A DNA stretch of 40,698 nt from an uncultured Bacteroides sp. (GTDB lineage: Bacteria; Bacteroidota; Bacteroidia; Bacteroidales; Bacteroidaceae). The notes under the pieces are model-generated. The model was not told the origin of the DNA, made no database searches, and saw nothing but the letters and a program-made list of their open reading frames with translations. The translations under genes and the position numbers were made by a program. The DNA lies in the NCBI GenBank assembly GCA_964554075.1, contig CAZKNB010000001.1, positions 1-40,698 of the forward strand, read 5' to 3'. Positions 10,484-19,623 of the stretch are shown one piece after another (the first letter of the stretch is position 1; every line of letters begins with the position of its first letter).

Positions 10484-10599
10484 CTCTTATAATTGAATAT
10501 TAAGCCCCATCATATTCAAATGGGTGTGCAAAGATATATACTTTTTCGCCAATATATACAAATCGCAAATTCTTTATTTTGAATAATGTTGCAATCAAT

Positions 10600-10632
10600 A
10601 AAAAAGAAGAGGGGAGGCTGGCGCCTCCCCTC
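10600..10632 (-). terminator. Intrinsic terminator of the perR-rubrerythrin operon
   Basis: GAGGGGAGGC/GCCTCCCCTC stem followed by a U-rich tract on the minus strand. Confidence 0.85.
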
Positions 10633-10673
10633 GGTCATATAGACTGGCTATATGATTAAATCCCCCTTCGTTA

Positions 10674-11228
10674 TTACTTCTTGAAGTAGCGGTTGAAGAG
10701 ACCCTCGAAGCCCTTGCCGTGGCGAGCCTCGTCCTTACACATCTCGTGAACTGTGTCGTGGATGGCATCGAGATTGAGCTGCTTAGCACGAGTAGCGATA
10801 CGCTTCTTGTCCTCGCAAGCACCAGCCTCTGCGTTCATTCTCTTCTCGAGGTTTGTCTTAGTGTCCCAAACAACGTCGCCGAGGAGCTCTGCAAACTTAG
10901 CAGCGTGCTCTGCCTCCTCCCAAGCGTAGCGCTTGAAAGCGTCAGCTACCTCAGGATAGCCCTCGCGGTCTGCCTGGCGGCTCATTGCAAGGTACATACC
11001 AACCTCTGTACACTCACCCATGAAGTGGTTGTTCAAGTCCTGAATCATCTGCTCGTCGCAGCCCTTAGCTACGCCGATAACGTGCTCGTCAACAAACTGG
11101 ATAGGACCGTTCTCCTCGTCAGTGATCTCTACAAACTTGTCAGCACCAACCTTACACAACGGACACTGCTCAGGAGCTGTGTCACCCTCGTGGATGTAAC
11201 CACATACTGTACATTTAAACTTTTTCAT
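10674..11228 (-). CDS. rbr: Reverse rubrerythrin (NADH peroxidase)
   Basis: N-terminal rubredoxin CTVC..CPLC followed by a di-iron ferritin-like domain (EEAEH, DEARH). Confidence 0.9.
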   Translation of the reverse strand: MKKFKCTVCGYIHEGDTAPEQCPLCKVGADKFVEITDEENGPIQFVDEHVIGVAKGCDEQMIQDLNNHFMGECTEVGMYLAMSRQADREGYPEVADAFKRYAWEEAEHAAKFAELLGDVVWDTKTNLEKRMNAEAGACEDKKRIATRAKQLNLDAIHDTVHEMCKDEARHGKGFEGLFNRYFKK

Positions 11229-11271
11229 TGTCGTCAGAATTCTAATTTATTACTAGTGTTATCTATTTAGT

Positions 11272-11299
11272 TTACTTTACTCTTAACTCTTGCCTCTTT
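11272..11299. repeat. Short tandem heptamer repeat (TTWACTC)
   Basis: TTTACTC TTAACTC TTGCCTC; shares the 16-mer TTACTTTACTCTTAAC with 7712-7727. Confidence 0.55.
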
Positions 11300-11317
11300 G
11301 GACGCGAAGCGACCACT

Positions 11318-11731
11318 CTAGATTTCATCTCTCAGGCAATCTCTGCATACACCGTGATAGTAGACGTGAGCCTCCTCGATCATAAAGCCGCTGTCGGATA
11401 TTCCCTGATAGCCCGACTGCCCGAAGGGTGAGCGATAGTCGAATATCCTGCCACACTTGCGGCAGAGGAAGTGGGCGTGCTGCGACGTGTCGTAGTCGAA
11501 GTTGGCATTGCGGCCGTCGATTGTCAGCATCAGTATCGCCCCGCTGTCGGCAAATAGTCTCAGTGTGCTGTAGACTGTAGTCTTGGACAGTGTTGGCATG
11601 CCCGGTGAGAGCGCAGCATAGACATCTTCTGCCGAAGGATGTGTGCGATGCTCCTTCAGGTAGTCCAGGATTGCAATGCGCTGCAATGATGGCTTAATGT
11701 TATGTTTTACCAATATGTCGTAGGACTCCAT
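11318..11731 (-). CDS. perR: Fur-family repressor, PerR-like
   Basis: HPSAEDVY, FD..HAHFLCRKC..IFD, CRDC; upstream of rubrerythrin in the same orientation. Confidence 0.8.
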   Translation of the reverse strand: MESYDILVKHNIKPSLQRIAILDYLKEHRTHPSAEDVYAALSPGMPTLSKTTVYSTLRLFADSGAILMLTIDGRNANFDYDTSQHAHFLCRKCGRIFDYRSPFGQSGYQGISDSGFMIEEAHVYYHGVCRDCLRDEI

Positions 11732-11752
11732 ATAACCTTTGTTATTATTCCG

Positions 11753-11773
11753 AGATTGTAATGATTACAATCT
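11753..11773. promoter_or_regulatory. PerR-box-like operator
   Basis: Perfect palindrome AGATTGTAAT-G-ATTACAATCT between the TACATTTG -7 box (11783-11790, minus strand) and the perR start. Confidence 0.75.
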
Positions 11774-12146
11774 TTCTGAGGGCAAATGTATGAAATCTGC
11801 AAATATCAACAAATATATCGTCCCGATATTTTATCAGACGGCTTAACTTTTATGTTCTATTAACAACTGAGGGACAGAAGAAACGAGATTGGAAGGTAAA
11901 TGGTAGTGTAATGCAGTTTTACCGTTGTTTCGCGGGAAGATTGTCAGCTGCAACCTCTGATTCAGGCGAAATCGGGTCTGAAAGGTGTCAAAAAGAAAAG
12001 AAAATCGAGGAAATTGGCATTTTTTTAGAAAAAGGTAAGTACATATATAATAAAGCACCGTCTTTATCGTTGTATAAGAGTGCACAAATATTTGTGAATG
12101 CTTGTGCGAAATTGAACTTTATTTATTAACCAAAGAACATATAAGA

Positions 12147-15100
12147 ATGAAAGAAGTGTTCGGACAGAAGGGGCGTCACGACATAAAGCGTACCCCTGTC
12201 ATTTTAGGACTCTCGGCGGCTCTCTGTATGCCGTCAGCATTCGTATTCGCCAATACGAATGGCTATGTAGAGAACGAATCTATTCAGGCTGTTCTTCAGT
12301 CACGTACCGTGAAAGGTCAGATCCTTGACGAGACCGGCGAACCTTTGATTGGTGTTTCTGTATTGGTGAAGGGTACTACAATCGGTACAATTACCGATTT
12401 CGACGGTAACTTCTCATTGGACGTACCGCAGGGCAAGAGCCAGCTGGAGGTTTCTTACGTAGGTTACAAGTCACAGACTGTAGCTCTCGGAAGCAGCAAC
12501 CAGGTCAACATCAAGATGCAGCCAGACACTAAGACTCTCGACGAGGTCGTAGTCGTTGGTTACGGTACAATGAAGAAGCGCGACTTGACTGGTTCTGTTG
12601 TTTCAGTCAAGAGCGACGATATCACTCTGAACCCGGGTTCAAACCCAATGCAGGCCCTCCAGGGTAAGGTTGCCGGACTCGACATCACCAAGACTTCTGG
12701 TCAGGCAGGTAGCGGCGTAAGCATGCAGCTGCGTGGTACTCGTTCATTCACTGCCAGTGGCGACCCTACATTCATCATCGATGGTATGCCGGGCGACTAC
12801 TCAACTCTTAACCCGAACGATATCGAGAGCATCGAGGTATTGAAGGATGCATCTTCAACAGCCGTTTACGGTGCCAGCGGTGCCAACGGTGTTATCATCA
12901 TCACTACTAAGAACGGTAAGGCTGGTAAGATCAACGTAGACTTCAACGCTTATGTGGGTGTCAACGGTTGGTCAAAGGTTCCTGAGGTTCGCTCTGGTGA
13001 CTCTTACGCTAATACAATCATCGAGGCTCAGAAGGCTGCCGGCAACACTGGCTCCGACGAGACTCTCTTTAATAACGCAGTAGGTGAGGGTGCTTACGCT
13101 CTCCATCAGTCTGGTCAGTATATTGACTGGGCCGACGAGCTGCTGAAGACAGGTGTCACTCAGAACTACAGTGTATCTGTATCCGGTGGTACTGACAAGA
13201 CAAAGGCTTACATGTCTTTGAACTTCACAGACGAGGCTGGCCAGTACAGCAACGATAACTACAAGCTCTACTCTTCTAACATCCGTGTTGACCACAAGGT
13301 TAGAAACTGGTTGAGCCTTGGTGTTAACGCTCAGATGTCATACGTTCACCAGAACAAGGCTTACGCTAAGCTTGAGAGCGCTCTGACAAGTGTGCCTCTG
13401 GGTTCTGTTTACGATGAGGATGGCAACATGAACGCATATGCCAACTCATACGACAATCAGGTGAACTTGTTGCTCAACAACAACAGCAACTACCGTAACA
13501 ACAGTCAGAACTACAAGCTCTACTTCAACCCATATATCGAGTTGAAACCTGTCAAGGGCTTGACAATTCTCTCTCGTATCGGTGCTACTCTCACTAACTC
13601 ACGTTCTAACTACTTCCAGGGTGTTGGTTCATACCAGTACTACAACGCAGGTGAGACAAGCGGCAAGACATCAACAAACGTCTACGCTTCAATCGCTACT
13701 GCACGTAACTACAACTACAAGTGGGAGAATGTCTTCACTTACAACTTCAAGGTTGCTCGTGACCACGACTTCACCATCACAGCCGTAACATCTTGGAACC
13801 ACAACCAGTACGACTATACATATCAGCAGGAGACTAACATTGCAGACAACGCTTACATGTGGTACAACATGGGTCTTAACCAGGACAACGTAACTGCTAC
13901 ATCTACTTATAATATGTCTAAGGGCTTCGGTCTTATCGGTCGTATCAACTACTCTTACAAGGGTAAGTACCTCTTCTCTGCATCTGTTCGTCACGACGGT
14001 TCTTCACGTCTGGCAGCAGGCAACCGTTGGGATACATTCCCTGCAGTATCTCTTGGATGGAGAATCTCTGACGAGAGCTTCATGGAGAATACTAAGGATT
14101 GGTTGAGCAACCTGAAGCTTCGCGTTGGTTATGGTGTGACAGGTACTGCATCTATCAACCCATACTCAACAGCATCTGTGCTCGAGGCATCTACTCTCGA
14201 CTTCTCTGGTAGCGTAGAGAACATCTACCGCTTCTCTAAGAACTACACTAACCGTGGTCTTGGCTGGGAGAAGTCACACAACACTAACATCGGTCTCGAT
14301 GCAGCATTCTTCAACAACCGTATTGACTTGACTGCTGATTACTACATCACTAACACTGACGGTGTAATCTGGAGTCGTCAGATTCCTGTTGTCAACGGTG
14401 CTTACAACTCATCTACTCTCTACACTATGAACATGAATATCTGTGAGACTAAGAACTCAGGTTTCGAGCTTGCTCTTAATACTCGCAACATCGATACTCG
14501 TGATTTCAAGTGGAACTCAACAGTTACATTCAACTACAACAAGGAGAAGATCAAATCATTGACTGGCGGTACTGCCGACAACATCACTAACGGTGACTAC
14601 GCTTTGACAATCGGCCAGCCGGTTAACTCATTCTATACATACAAGATCGACGGTATGTGGCAGAAGGGCGAAGAGGCTGATGCAGCTGTATTCGGCAAGG
14701 AGCCAGGTGACATCAAGATCAACGTTCCTGGAATGTATAAGGAGTCAGACGGTGTCTTCTACAAGATCGGCGACGACGGTGAGAAGGTTTACTACAACTC
14801 TGAGAACAAGTATGCTTACAGCGACAAGGATTACCAGACAATCGGTCACAACTCTCCGGACTGGACACTCGGTTTCCAGAACACATTCTACTGGAAGAAC
14901 TTCGACTTGAGCGTATTCGCTTACATGCGTTGGGGTCAGACAATCAAGTATAGCTTGCTCGGCAACTACGATCCGACAGGTAAGGGCAACTTCCCGACAT
15001 ACTTCAACTACTGGACAGAGGATAACCCATCAAACGATTTTCCTGCTATCAACGCCAACAGAAGCATCACTTCATACACTGGTTACTCTGCTTTGCAGTA

Positions 15101-15329
15101 TGTTGACGGTTCATTCTTCAAGATTAAGAATATCACACTCGGTTACACACTGCCTAAGAACGTTCTTACAAAGGCTGGTATCAGCAAGTGCCGTTTCTAC
15201 GCAACAATCACAAACCCGTTTGTCGTTGCCAAGAGCCACCTGCTGAAGGACTACGATCCTGAGATGAACGGTAGCTTGAACTATCCGTTGACAAAACAGA
15301 TGGTATTCGGTGTTAACTTGTCATTCTAA
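12147..15329 (+). CDS. susC: SusC/RagA family TonB-dependent outer membrane transporter
   Basis: CarboxypepD-like N-terminal domain, LDEVVVVGYG, DIESIEVLKDASSTAVYG plug motif, C-terminal NLSF; ATG at 12147. Confidence 0.95.
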   Translation: MKEVFGQKGRHDIKRTPVILGLSAALCMPSAFVFANTNGYVENESIQAVLQSRTVKGQILDETGEPLIGVSVLVKGTTIGTITDFDGNFSLDVPQGKSQLEVSYVGYKSQTVALGSSNQVNIKMQPDTKTLDEVVVVGYGTMKKRDLTGSVVSVKSDDITLNPGSNPMQALQGKVAGLDITKTSGQAGSGVSMQLRGTRSFTASGDPTFIIDGMPGDYSTLNPNDIESIEVLKDASSTAVYGASGANGVIIITTKNGKAGKINVDFNAYVGVNGWSKVPEVRSGDSYANTIIEAQKAAGNTGSDETLFNNAVGEGAYALHQSGQYIDWADELLKTGVTQNYSVSVSGGTDKTKAYMSLNFTDEAGQYSNDNYKLYSSNIRVDHKVRNWLSLGVNAQMSYVHQNKAYAKLESALTSVPLGSVYDEDGNMNAYANSYDNQVNLLLNNNSNYRNNSQNYKLYFNPYIELKPVKGLTILSRIGATLTNSRSNYFQGVGSYQYYNAGETSGKTSTNVYASIATARNYNYKWENVFTYNFKVARDHDFTITAVTSWNHNQYDYTYQQETNIADNAYMWYNMGLNQDNVTATSTYNMSKGFGLIGRINYSYKGKYLFSASVRHDGSSRLAAGNRWDTFPAVSLGWRISDESFMENTKDWLSNLKLRVGYGVTGTASINPYSTASVLEASTLDFSGSVENIYRFSKNYTNRGLGWEKSHNTNIGLDAAFFNNRIDLTADYYITNTDGVIWSRQIPVVNGAYNSSTLYTMNMNICETKNSGFELALNTRNIDTRDFKWNSTVTFNYNKEKIKSLTGGTADNITNGDYALTIGQPVNSFYTYKIDGMWQKGEEADAAVFGKEPGDIKINVPGMYKESDGVFYKIGDDGEKVYYNSENKYAYSDKDYQTIGHNSPDWTLGFQNTFYWKNFDLSVFAYMRWGQTIKYSLLGNYDPTGKGNFPTYFNYWTEDNPSNDFPAINANRSITSYTGYSALQYVDGSFFKIKNITLGYTLPKNVLTKAGISKCRFYATITNPFVVAKSHLLKDYDPEMNGSLNYPLTKQMVFGVNLSF

Positions 15330-15353
15330 CGTTTAAGAAAGGAGATAAAGAAA

Positions 15354-17306
15354 ATGAAGAAAAATATATTTAGTAAAGCGGCTCTCATCTGTGGAGCAGC
15401 TTTGATGCTGAATTCATGCGGACTCGACGAGTTTAACCCGAGCGCAGGTTCGGGTGGCGACGTACTGAAGTCGTTCGATAACTGGTCTGGTATGGTGACA
15501 TACTGCTACGAGCCTCTCTATGGTCAGTTGTTCTCAGCTTTCGACTATTTCGAGGTTGCTGAGGGTGGTACAGACCTCTGGCAGACTGCCAACAACAAGA
15601 CTTGGGCTTCTGAGTTGTTCCATTACGAGGGACTTACTACCAACACCAACGCTACCAACAAGCTCTTCACTCAGGCATACTCACAGATCAACACATGTAA
15701 CTCTGTGATTGAGGTAGCCGACGAGGTAACTGGCGGTAACGCTGCCGATGTTCAGGTGCTCAAGGGTGAGGCTCTCTGCCTTCGTGCTTACTACTACTCA
15801 ATCCTTGTGACTAACTATGGTGATGTCACTCTGACATTGACATCTTCACAGAACGGTGCTATCATGAGCCCGAAGCGTAACTCTTACGAGGAGCTCTACG
15901 GACAGATGGTTGCTGACTTGAAGGAGGCTGCTGAGCTTCTCGGCACTAAGCCTTACAACGGCGATTATGCTCGTGTGACAAAGAAGACTGCTCTCGGTCT
16001 TTTGGCTCGTGTGTATGCTCAGGGTGCCGGTCTCGATCTTAAAGAGAATGGCGTAAGCTACTGGCAGCGTGCTAAAGAGGTTGCTGAGGATTTGATCAAC
16101 AACGCCTCTAAGTATGGTGCTGCTCTCTACGATGATGTAGAGGATGTATGGGCATCTGCTAACAACAAGAGCAACAAAGAGGCTCTCTTCATCGCAGCAG
16201 GTCCTTCAGATAAGACTGCTTCCAACTATGCTCTGAGCAACATCTTTTCTTATATGTTCTGTAACCCTTATAAGCTGAACGATGTTTACAAGACAGCTGA
16301 TAAGAGCAACTACTTCCTGGGACGTGTAAACAACAACATCCTTGCTCCCTCTAAGTATTTGATCGACCTGTTCGATGCTGACAACGATAAGCGTTGGGAG
16401 AACACATTCATGTGTGCTTTCGGACATGAGTCAGGCGTTCAGCCGGGCTGGTCAGCTTACAACAACAAGAATACTTACACTATCATCACTTCAGCTTTGG
16501 CTACTAAGTATGGCATCGACCAGACTCACGTAGGTGATACAATCTGGCCGTACGCTGACTATGCATATGTTGCTGGTGTTTACAACCAGTATCCTGCTAA
16601 GGTTTGGAAGAAGAACAGCGACCACACTGGTAACACTGCTGATCTCTACGATCCAAAGAATGTCTACGTAATCGACTACCCTGTTGAGCCGGACGATGAC
16701 CGCTTCGTAATCTACCTCTCAAAGAAGAAACTCTCTGCAGAGGAGAAGGCTAAGTATGCTTGTGTAACTGTAAACATCGACGACCTCTTCGACGAGAATG
16801 GCGAGTATAAGACAGCTTCATTCGACGGTACAAATACTTACCTGCTCTATCCGGGCTTGGTTAAGTCTAACTGGAACTATGATGGCATCTTCACTAGCAA
16901 CCTCCAGAAGAAGACTGGTGACGTGTTCATCATGCGTATGGCTGAGATCTACCTGATCGCTGCTGAGGCTAACGCTATGCTTGGCAACACTACTAAGGCT
17001 GCTGACTATATCAACGTTCTCCGTAAGCGTGCTTGCCGCAACGCAGCAGACTACGAGAGCTCAATGAAGCTGACAAGCGCAAGCGAGCAGGATGTACTCG
17101 ACGAGTACGCTCGTGAGTTGGTCGGTGAGTTCCAGCGCTGGTCTGTCTTGAAGCGTCACGGTTACACTGTATTCATGAATCAGTTGAAGAAGGGTAATCC
17201 TCGTGCTTCTAGAAGCTTCTCTGAGAAGAATATGCTTCGTCCTATCTCTTACAACTTCTTGAACCAGATTGAGAATGCTGAGGAGTATGGTAACAACGGA
17301 TATTAA
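15354..17306 (+). CDS. susD: SusD/RagB family lipoprotein
   Basis: Lipobox LNSC; GEALCLRAYYY, RMAEIYLIAAEA, EYARELVGEFQRW. Confidence 0.93.
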   Translation: MKKNIFSKAALICGAALMLNSCGLDEFNPSAGSGGDVLKSFDNWSGMVTYCYEPLYGQLFSAFDYFEVAEGGTDLWQTANNKTWASELFHYEGLTTNTNATNKLFTQAYSQINTCNSVIEVADEVTGGNAADVQVLKGEALCLRAYYYSILVTNYGDVTLTLTSSQNGAIMSPKRNSYEELYGQMVADLKEAAELLGTKPYNGDYARVTKKTALGLLARVYAQGAGLDLKENGVSYWQRAKEVAEDLINNASKYGAALYDDVEDVWASANNKSNKEALFIAAGPSDKTASNYALSNIFSYMFCNPYKLNDVYKTADKSNYFLGRVNNNILAPSKYLIDLFDADNDKRWENTFMCAFGHESGVQPGWSAYNNKNTYTIITSALATKYGIDQTHVGDTIWPYADYAYVAGVYNQYPAKVWKKNSDHTGNTADLYDPKNVYVIDYPVEPDDDRFVIYLSKKKLSAEEKAKYACVTVNIDDLFDENGEYKTASFDGTNTYLLYPGLVKSNWNYDGIFTSNLQKKTGDVFIMRMAEIYLIAAEANAMLGNTTKAADYINVLRKRACRNAADYESSMKLTSASEQDVLDEYARELVGEFQRWSVLKRHGYTVFMNQLKKGNPRASRSFSEKNMLRPISYNFLNQIENAEEYGNNGY

Positions 17307-17333
17307 TATTCGATAAGATTATAGATATGCGTC

Positions 17334-17365
17334 AGGCGCCGGCCATCAGGTCGGCGCCTTTTTTT
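17334..17365 (+). terminator. Intrinsic terminator after susD
   Basis: AGGCGCCGGCC-ATCA-GGTCGGCGCCT followed by a T run. Confidence 0.88.
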
Positions 17366-17378
17366 GTATGGTGTTGGA

Positions 17379-17407
17379 CCGGACGCTATACGTGACGTCC
17401 CTTTATT
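17379..17407 (-). repeat. Degenerate copy of the GTAG REP-like unit
   Basis: CCGGACGCTATACGTGACGTCCCTTTATT vs CCGGACGCTATACATAGCGTCCCTACATT at 74-102 (24/29 identical). Confidence 0.6.
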
Positions 17408-17490
17408 GGGTTTTATTGCTTTCTACGTTGGTGTGTGAGGATATCCTTGCGAAGCAGAAAATATCTTTGATGACTTTATTGTGGATATAC

Positions 17491-17528
17491 AAAAAAAGAG
17501 AAGGCTTGTCATTGACAAGCCTTCTCTT
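17491..17528 (-). terminator. Intrinsic terminator after tRNA-Lys
   Basis: AAGAGAAGGCTTGTCA-T-TGACAAGCCTTCTCTT inverted repeat with a U tract on the minus strand. Confidence 0.85.
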
Positions 17529-17532
17529 CAAG

Positions 17533-17605
17533 TACACCCTCAGGGATTCGAACCCTGGACCCACTGATTAAGAGTCAGTTGCTCTACCAACTGAGCTAAG
17601 AGTGC
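17533..17605 (-). tRNA. tRNA-Lys(CTT)
   Basis: Minus strand GCACTCTTAGCTCAGTTGGTAGAGCAACTGACT-CTT-AATCAGTGGGTCCAGGGTTCGAATCCCTGAGGGTGTA; CCA not encoded; TACCTTTG -7 box at 17627-17634. Confidence 0.96.
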
Positions 17606-17694
17606 GTTTTCCTTTCGATTGCGGTGCAAAGGTAGGGCTTTTCTGCTAACCTACCAAATGTTTCTGCAATTATTTTTCAAAAAATATTTTCTCT

Positions 17695-18498
17695 TTATTC
17701 GAATGTATAGAGCTCTGAAGGCGTACTTCGCTTAAGGGCAACGAGTTGCACGTCGCGACCCACCACAATATCTTTTTGCAAAAGTTCCATCTCGACAGTC
17801 TTGTATGCCAGTGCGGGGTGGTTGTTGTCCTTGCTGAGGTGGCAAAGCCAGATGTTGTGAAGGTGGTCGGTGAAGTGATCAGCAAGGAATCGGGCAGTCG
17901 TAGCGTTGCTCAGGTGGCCCACGCGACTTGCGATGCGCTCCTTGAGATACTGCGGGTAGGTGCCCATGCGGAGCATCTCCTCGTCGTAGTTAGCCTCGAT
18001 GATAAGATAGTTGGCACGACGGATGTATCGTGCAGCTGTCGGCGTAATCTCTCCAAGGTCGGTGAGGAATACGAATATCTTGCCATCGACAGCTATGCAG
18101 TAGCCAACGTTATCGGTTCCGTCGTGCGGTACCTCGAACGCCTCGACTGTGAAGTCGCCGAGCTCCATGGGGCACTCCTTCTCGAGGAAGCGTGCCGATG
18201 TCTTCAGCTTCTCGGTCATGCAGTAGCTCTTGTTGATGCCGACGTGTATCTCGCGGGTAGAGTAGATTGGAATACCCATCTTCTCTCCGAGGTTGCCTAC
18301 AGCCTTGATGTGGTCGGCGTGGTCGTGGGTGACGAACACAGCCTTGATGGAATCCATGGCGATGCCTGTCTCCTTAAGAGTCTTCTTTATTGTACGTATG
18401 CCGATGCCGGCGTCAATCAGTATTCCGTATGTATCAGTGCCCAGGTAGTAGCAGTTTCCGCTGCTTCCGCTACCGAGACTCATAAATCGTATCATCAT
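17695..18498 (-). CDS. MBL-fold metallo-hydrolase (YycJ/WalJ-like)
   Basis: SLGSGSSGN, THDHADH, PHD, IIEANYD, GHLSN, HLSKDNN. Confidence 0.85.
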   Translation of the reverse strand: MMIRFMSLGSGSSGNCYYLGTDTYGILIDAGIGIRTIKKTLKETGIAMDSIKAVFVTHDHADHIKAVGNLGEKMGIPIYSTREIHVGINKSYCMTEKLKTSARFLEKECPMELGDFTVEAFEVPHDGTDNVGYCIAVDGKIFVFLTDLGEITPTAARYIRRANYLIIEANYDEEMLRMGTYPQYLKERIASRVGHLSNATTARFLADHFTDHLHNIWLCHLSKDNNHPALAYKTVEMELLQKDIVVGRDVQLVALKRSTPSELYTFE

Positions 18499-18693
18499 CT
18501 CTACAGTTCTATTCTTTTACAGTTGGGGCATAAGCATGAAATGCCCGTTGCCACAGCAATAGTGTGGCAAATTAATCGCAAAGATAAGAAAAGGATTGAA
18601 AGGGGAGGCGTATGGAGGAATAATGTAGAGATATTTTTACTTTATTTTTCTTTTCAACGCTCCCCGATGTATGTAACGGGGCGGTGACCCGAC

Positions 18694-19302
18694 CTAGTCG
18701 ACCAGCTTTTTGAGATGCTTGAAATGCTCGACAACTGAGAGGTAGTCGCGGTCCTTGCAGATGTCGAAGTGATTCCAGAGGTCGTCGAGTATTACGGCTC
18801 CGCCAAAGCCGAAGTCCTTCACCGAAAGGATGTTGTCGGCCGTGATGCCTCCCATGGCCATCACCTTGTTGTCGATGAGCTTTGCTTTGCGCATCTGGCG
18901 CAGCTCTTCGGGTGTGAAGGTCGGTTGCTGCTCCTCGCCCTGAGTGTTGGCAAAGACGTTGTTGAGAAAAAGGTAGTTACCTGTATGCTTGTAGAGCTCC
19001 AGCTCCTCGGCGTTCTGGCAGGTGCGGCTGACGTGGCCGTGATAGTCGTGCGGCTCACTTGGGTTACGGCTGTTGAGATGAATGCCCAGAAGGTCGAACT
19101 CCTCCTTAAGGTAGAAGTGGTCGTGGGTTACTATCCTGCGGTGGTACTTCTCGGGTATAAGGGTGAGCAGTCGCTCGGAAAAGATGGCGGGCGACTCTGG
19201 TTTTCTGAGGTGTAGTATGTCTAAGCCCTCTTCGAAGAGTGCTGTTATAATCTTATCTTCTTCAACAAAGAATGTCGGAGATGTGACAACAATTAGTTTC
19301 AT
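18694..19302 (-). CDS. Thiamine phosphate synthase-like (ThiE/TenI family) protein
   Basis: LHLRKP, GIHL, AMGGITADN, FGGAVI TIM-barrel motifs. Confidence 0.75.
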   Translation of the reverse strand: MKLIVVTSPTFFVEEDKIITALFEEGLDILHLRKPESPAIFSERLLTLIPEKYHRRIVTHDHFYLKEEFDLLGIHLNSRNPSEPHDYHGHVSRTCQNAEELELYKHTGNYLFLNNVFANTQGEEQQPTFTPEELRQMRKAKLIDNKVMAMGGITADNILSVKDFGFGGAVILDDLWNHFDICKDRDYLSVVEHFKHLKKLVD

Positions 19303-19623
19303 ATCTTTTGCCGTATTCGTTTAAAAAGTAAACAAAAGTAGTAATAATAATGACACGTAGCACCATCCGGAGAGTAAAAAATTGTTTTATGTCAACTCTC
19401 CCTCTGCGGAGCCCCGATTTTACGCAATGAACTTTTTCTTGTTCCAATGGTCGGATGTTATTGACTATTATGACTGTAGCAAAAATCTATCTGCTAAAAT
19501 AAGTTATAAAATCTGCCGTAACGCTTTTGGAAGGCGTTTCCTTTTTTATTTTTGTAGCTTTAAAAGACACTAACATTCACACGTCGACAGGAAAGACGAA
19601 CAAATAATAAAGGAACAGTAATT

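Noticed and set aside
11840-12000. Cobalamin riboswitch or sRNA upstream of susC
   Set aside because: Only isolated GGGAAG and small stems; the conserved B12-box elements are not present in order.
12147-17605. tRNA-Lys-anchored genomic island carrying susC/D
   Set aside because: No integrase, and no duplicated tRNA 3' end found by eye on the far side.
19303-19500. TPP riboswitch upstream of the ThiE-like gene, and the 61-aa ORF 19262-19447
   Set aside because: The CTGAGA/ACCTG core is missing; the small ORF has a TTG start, overlaps the gene start and has no recognisable motif.
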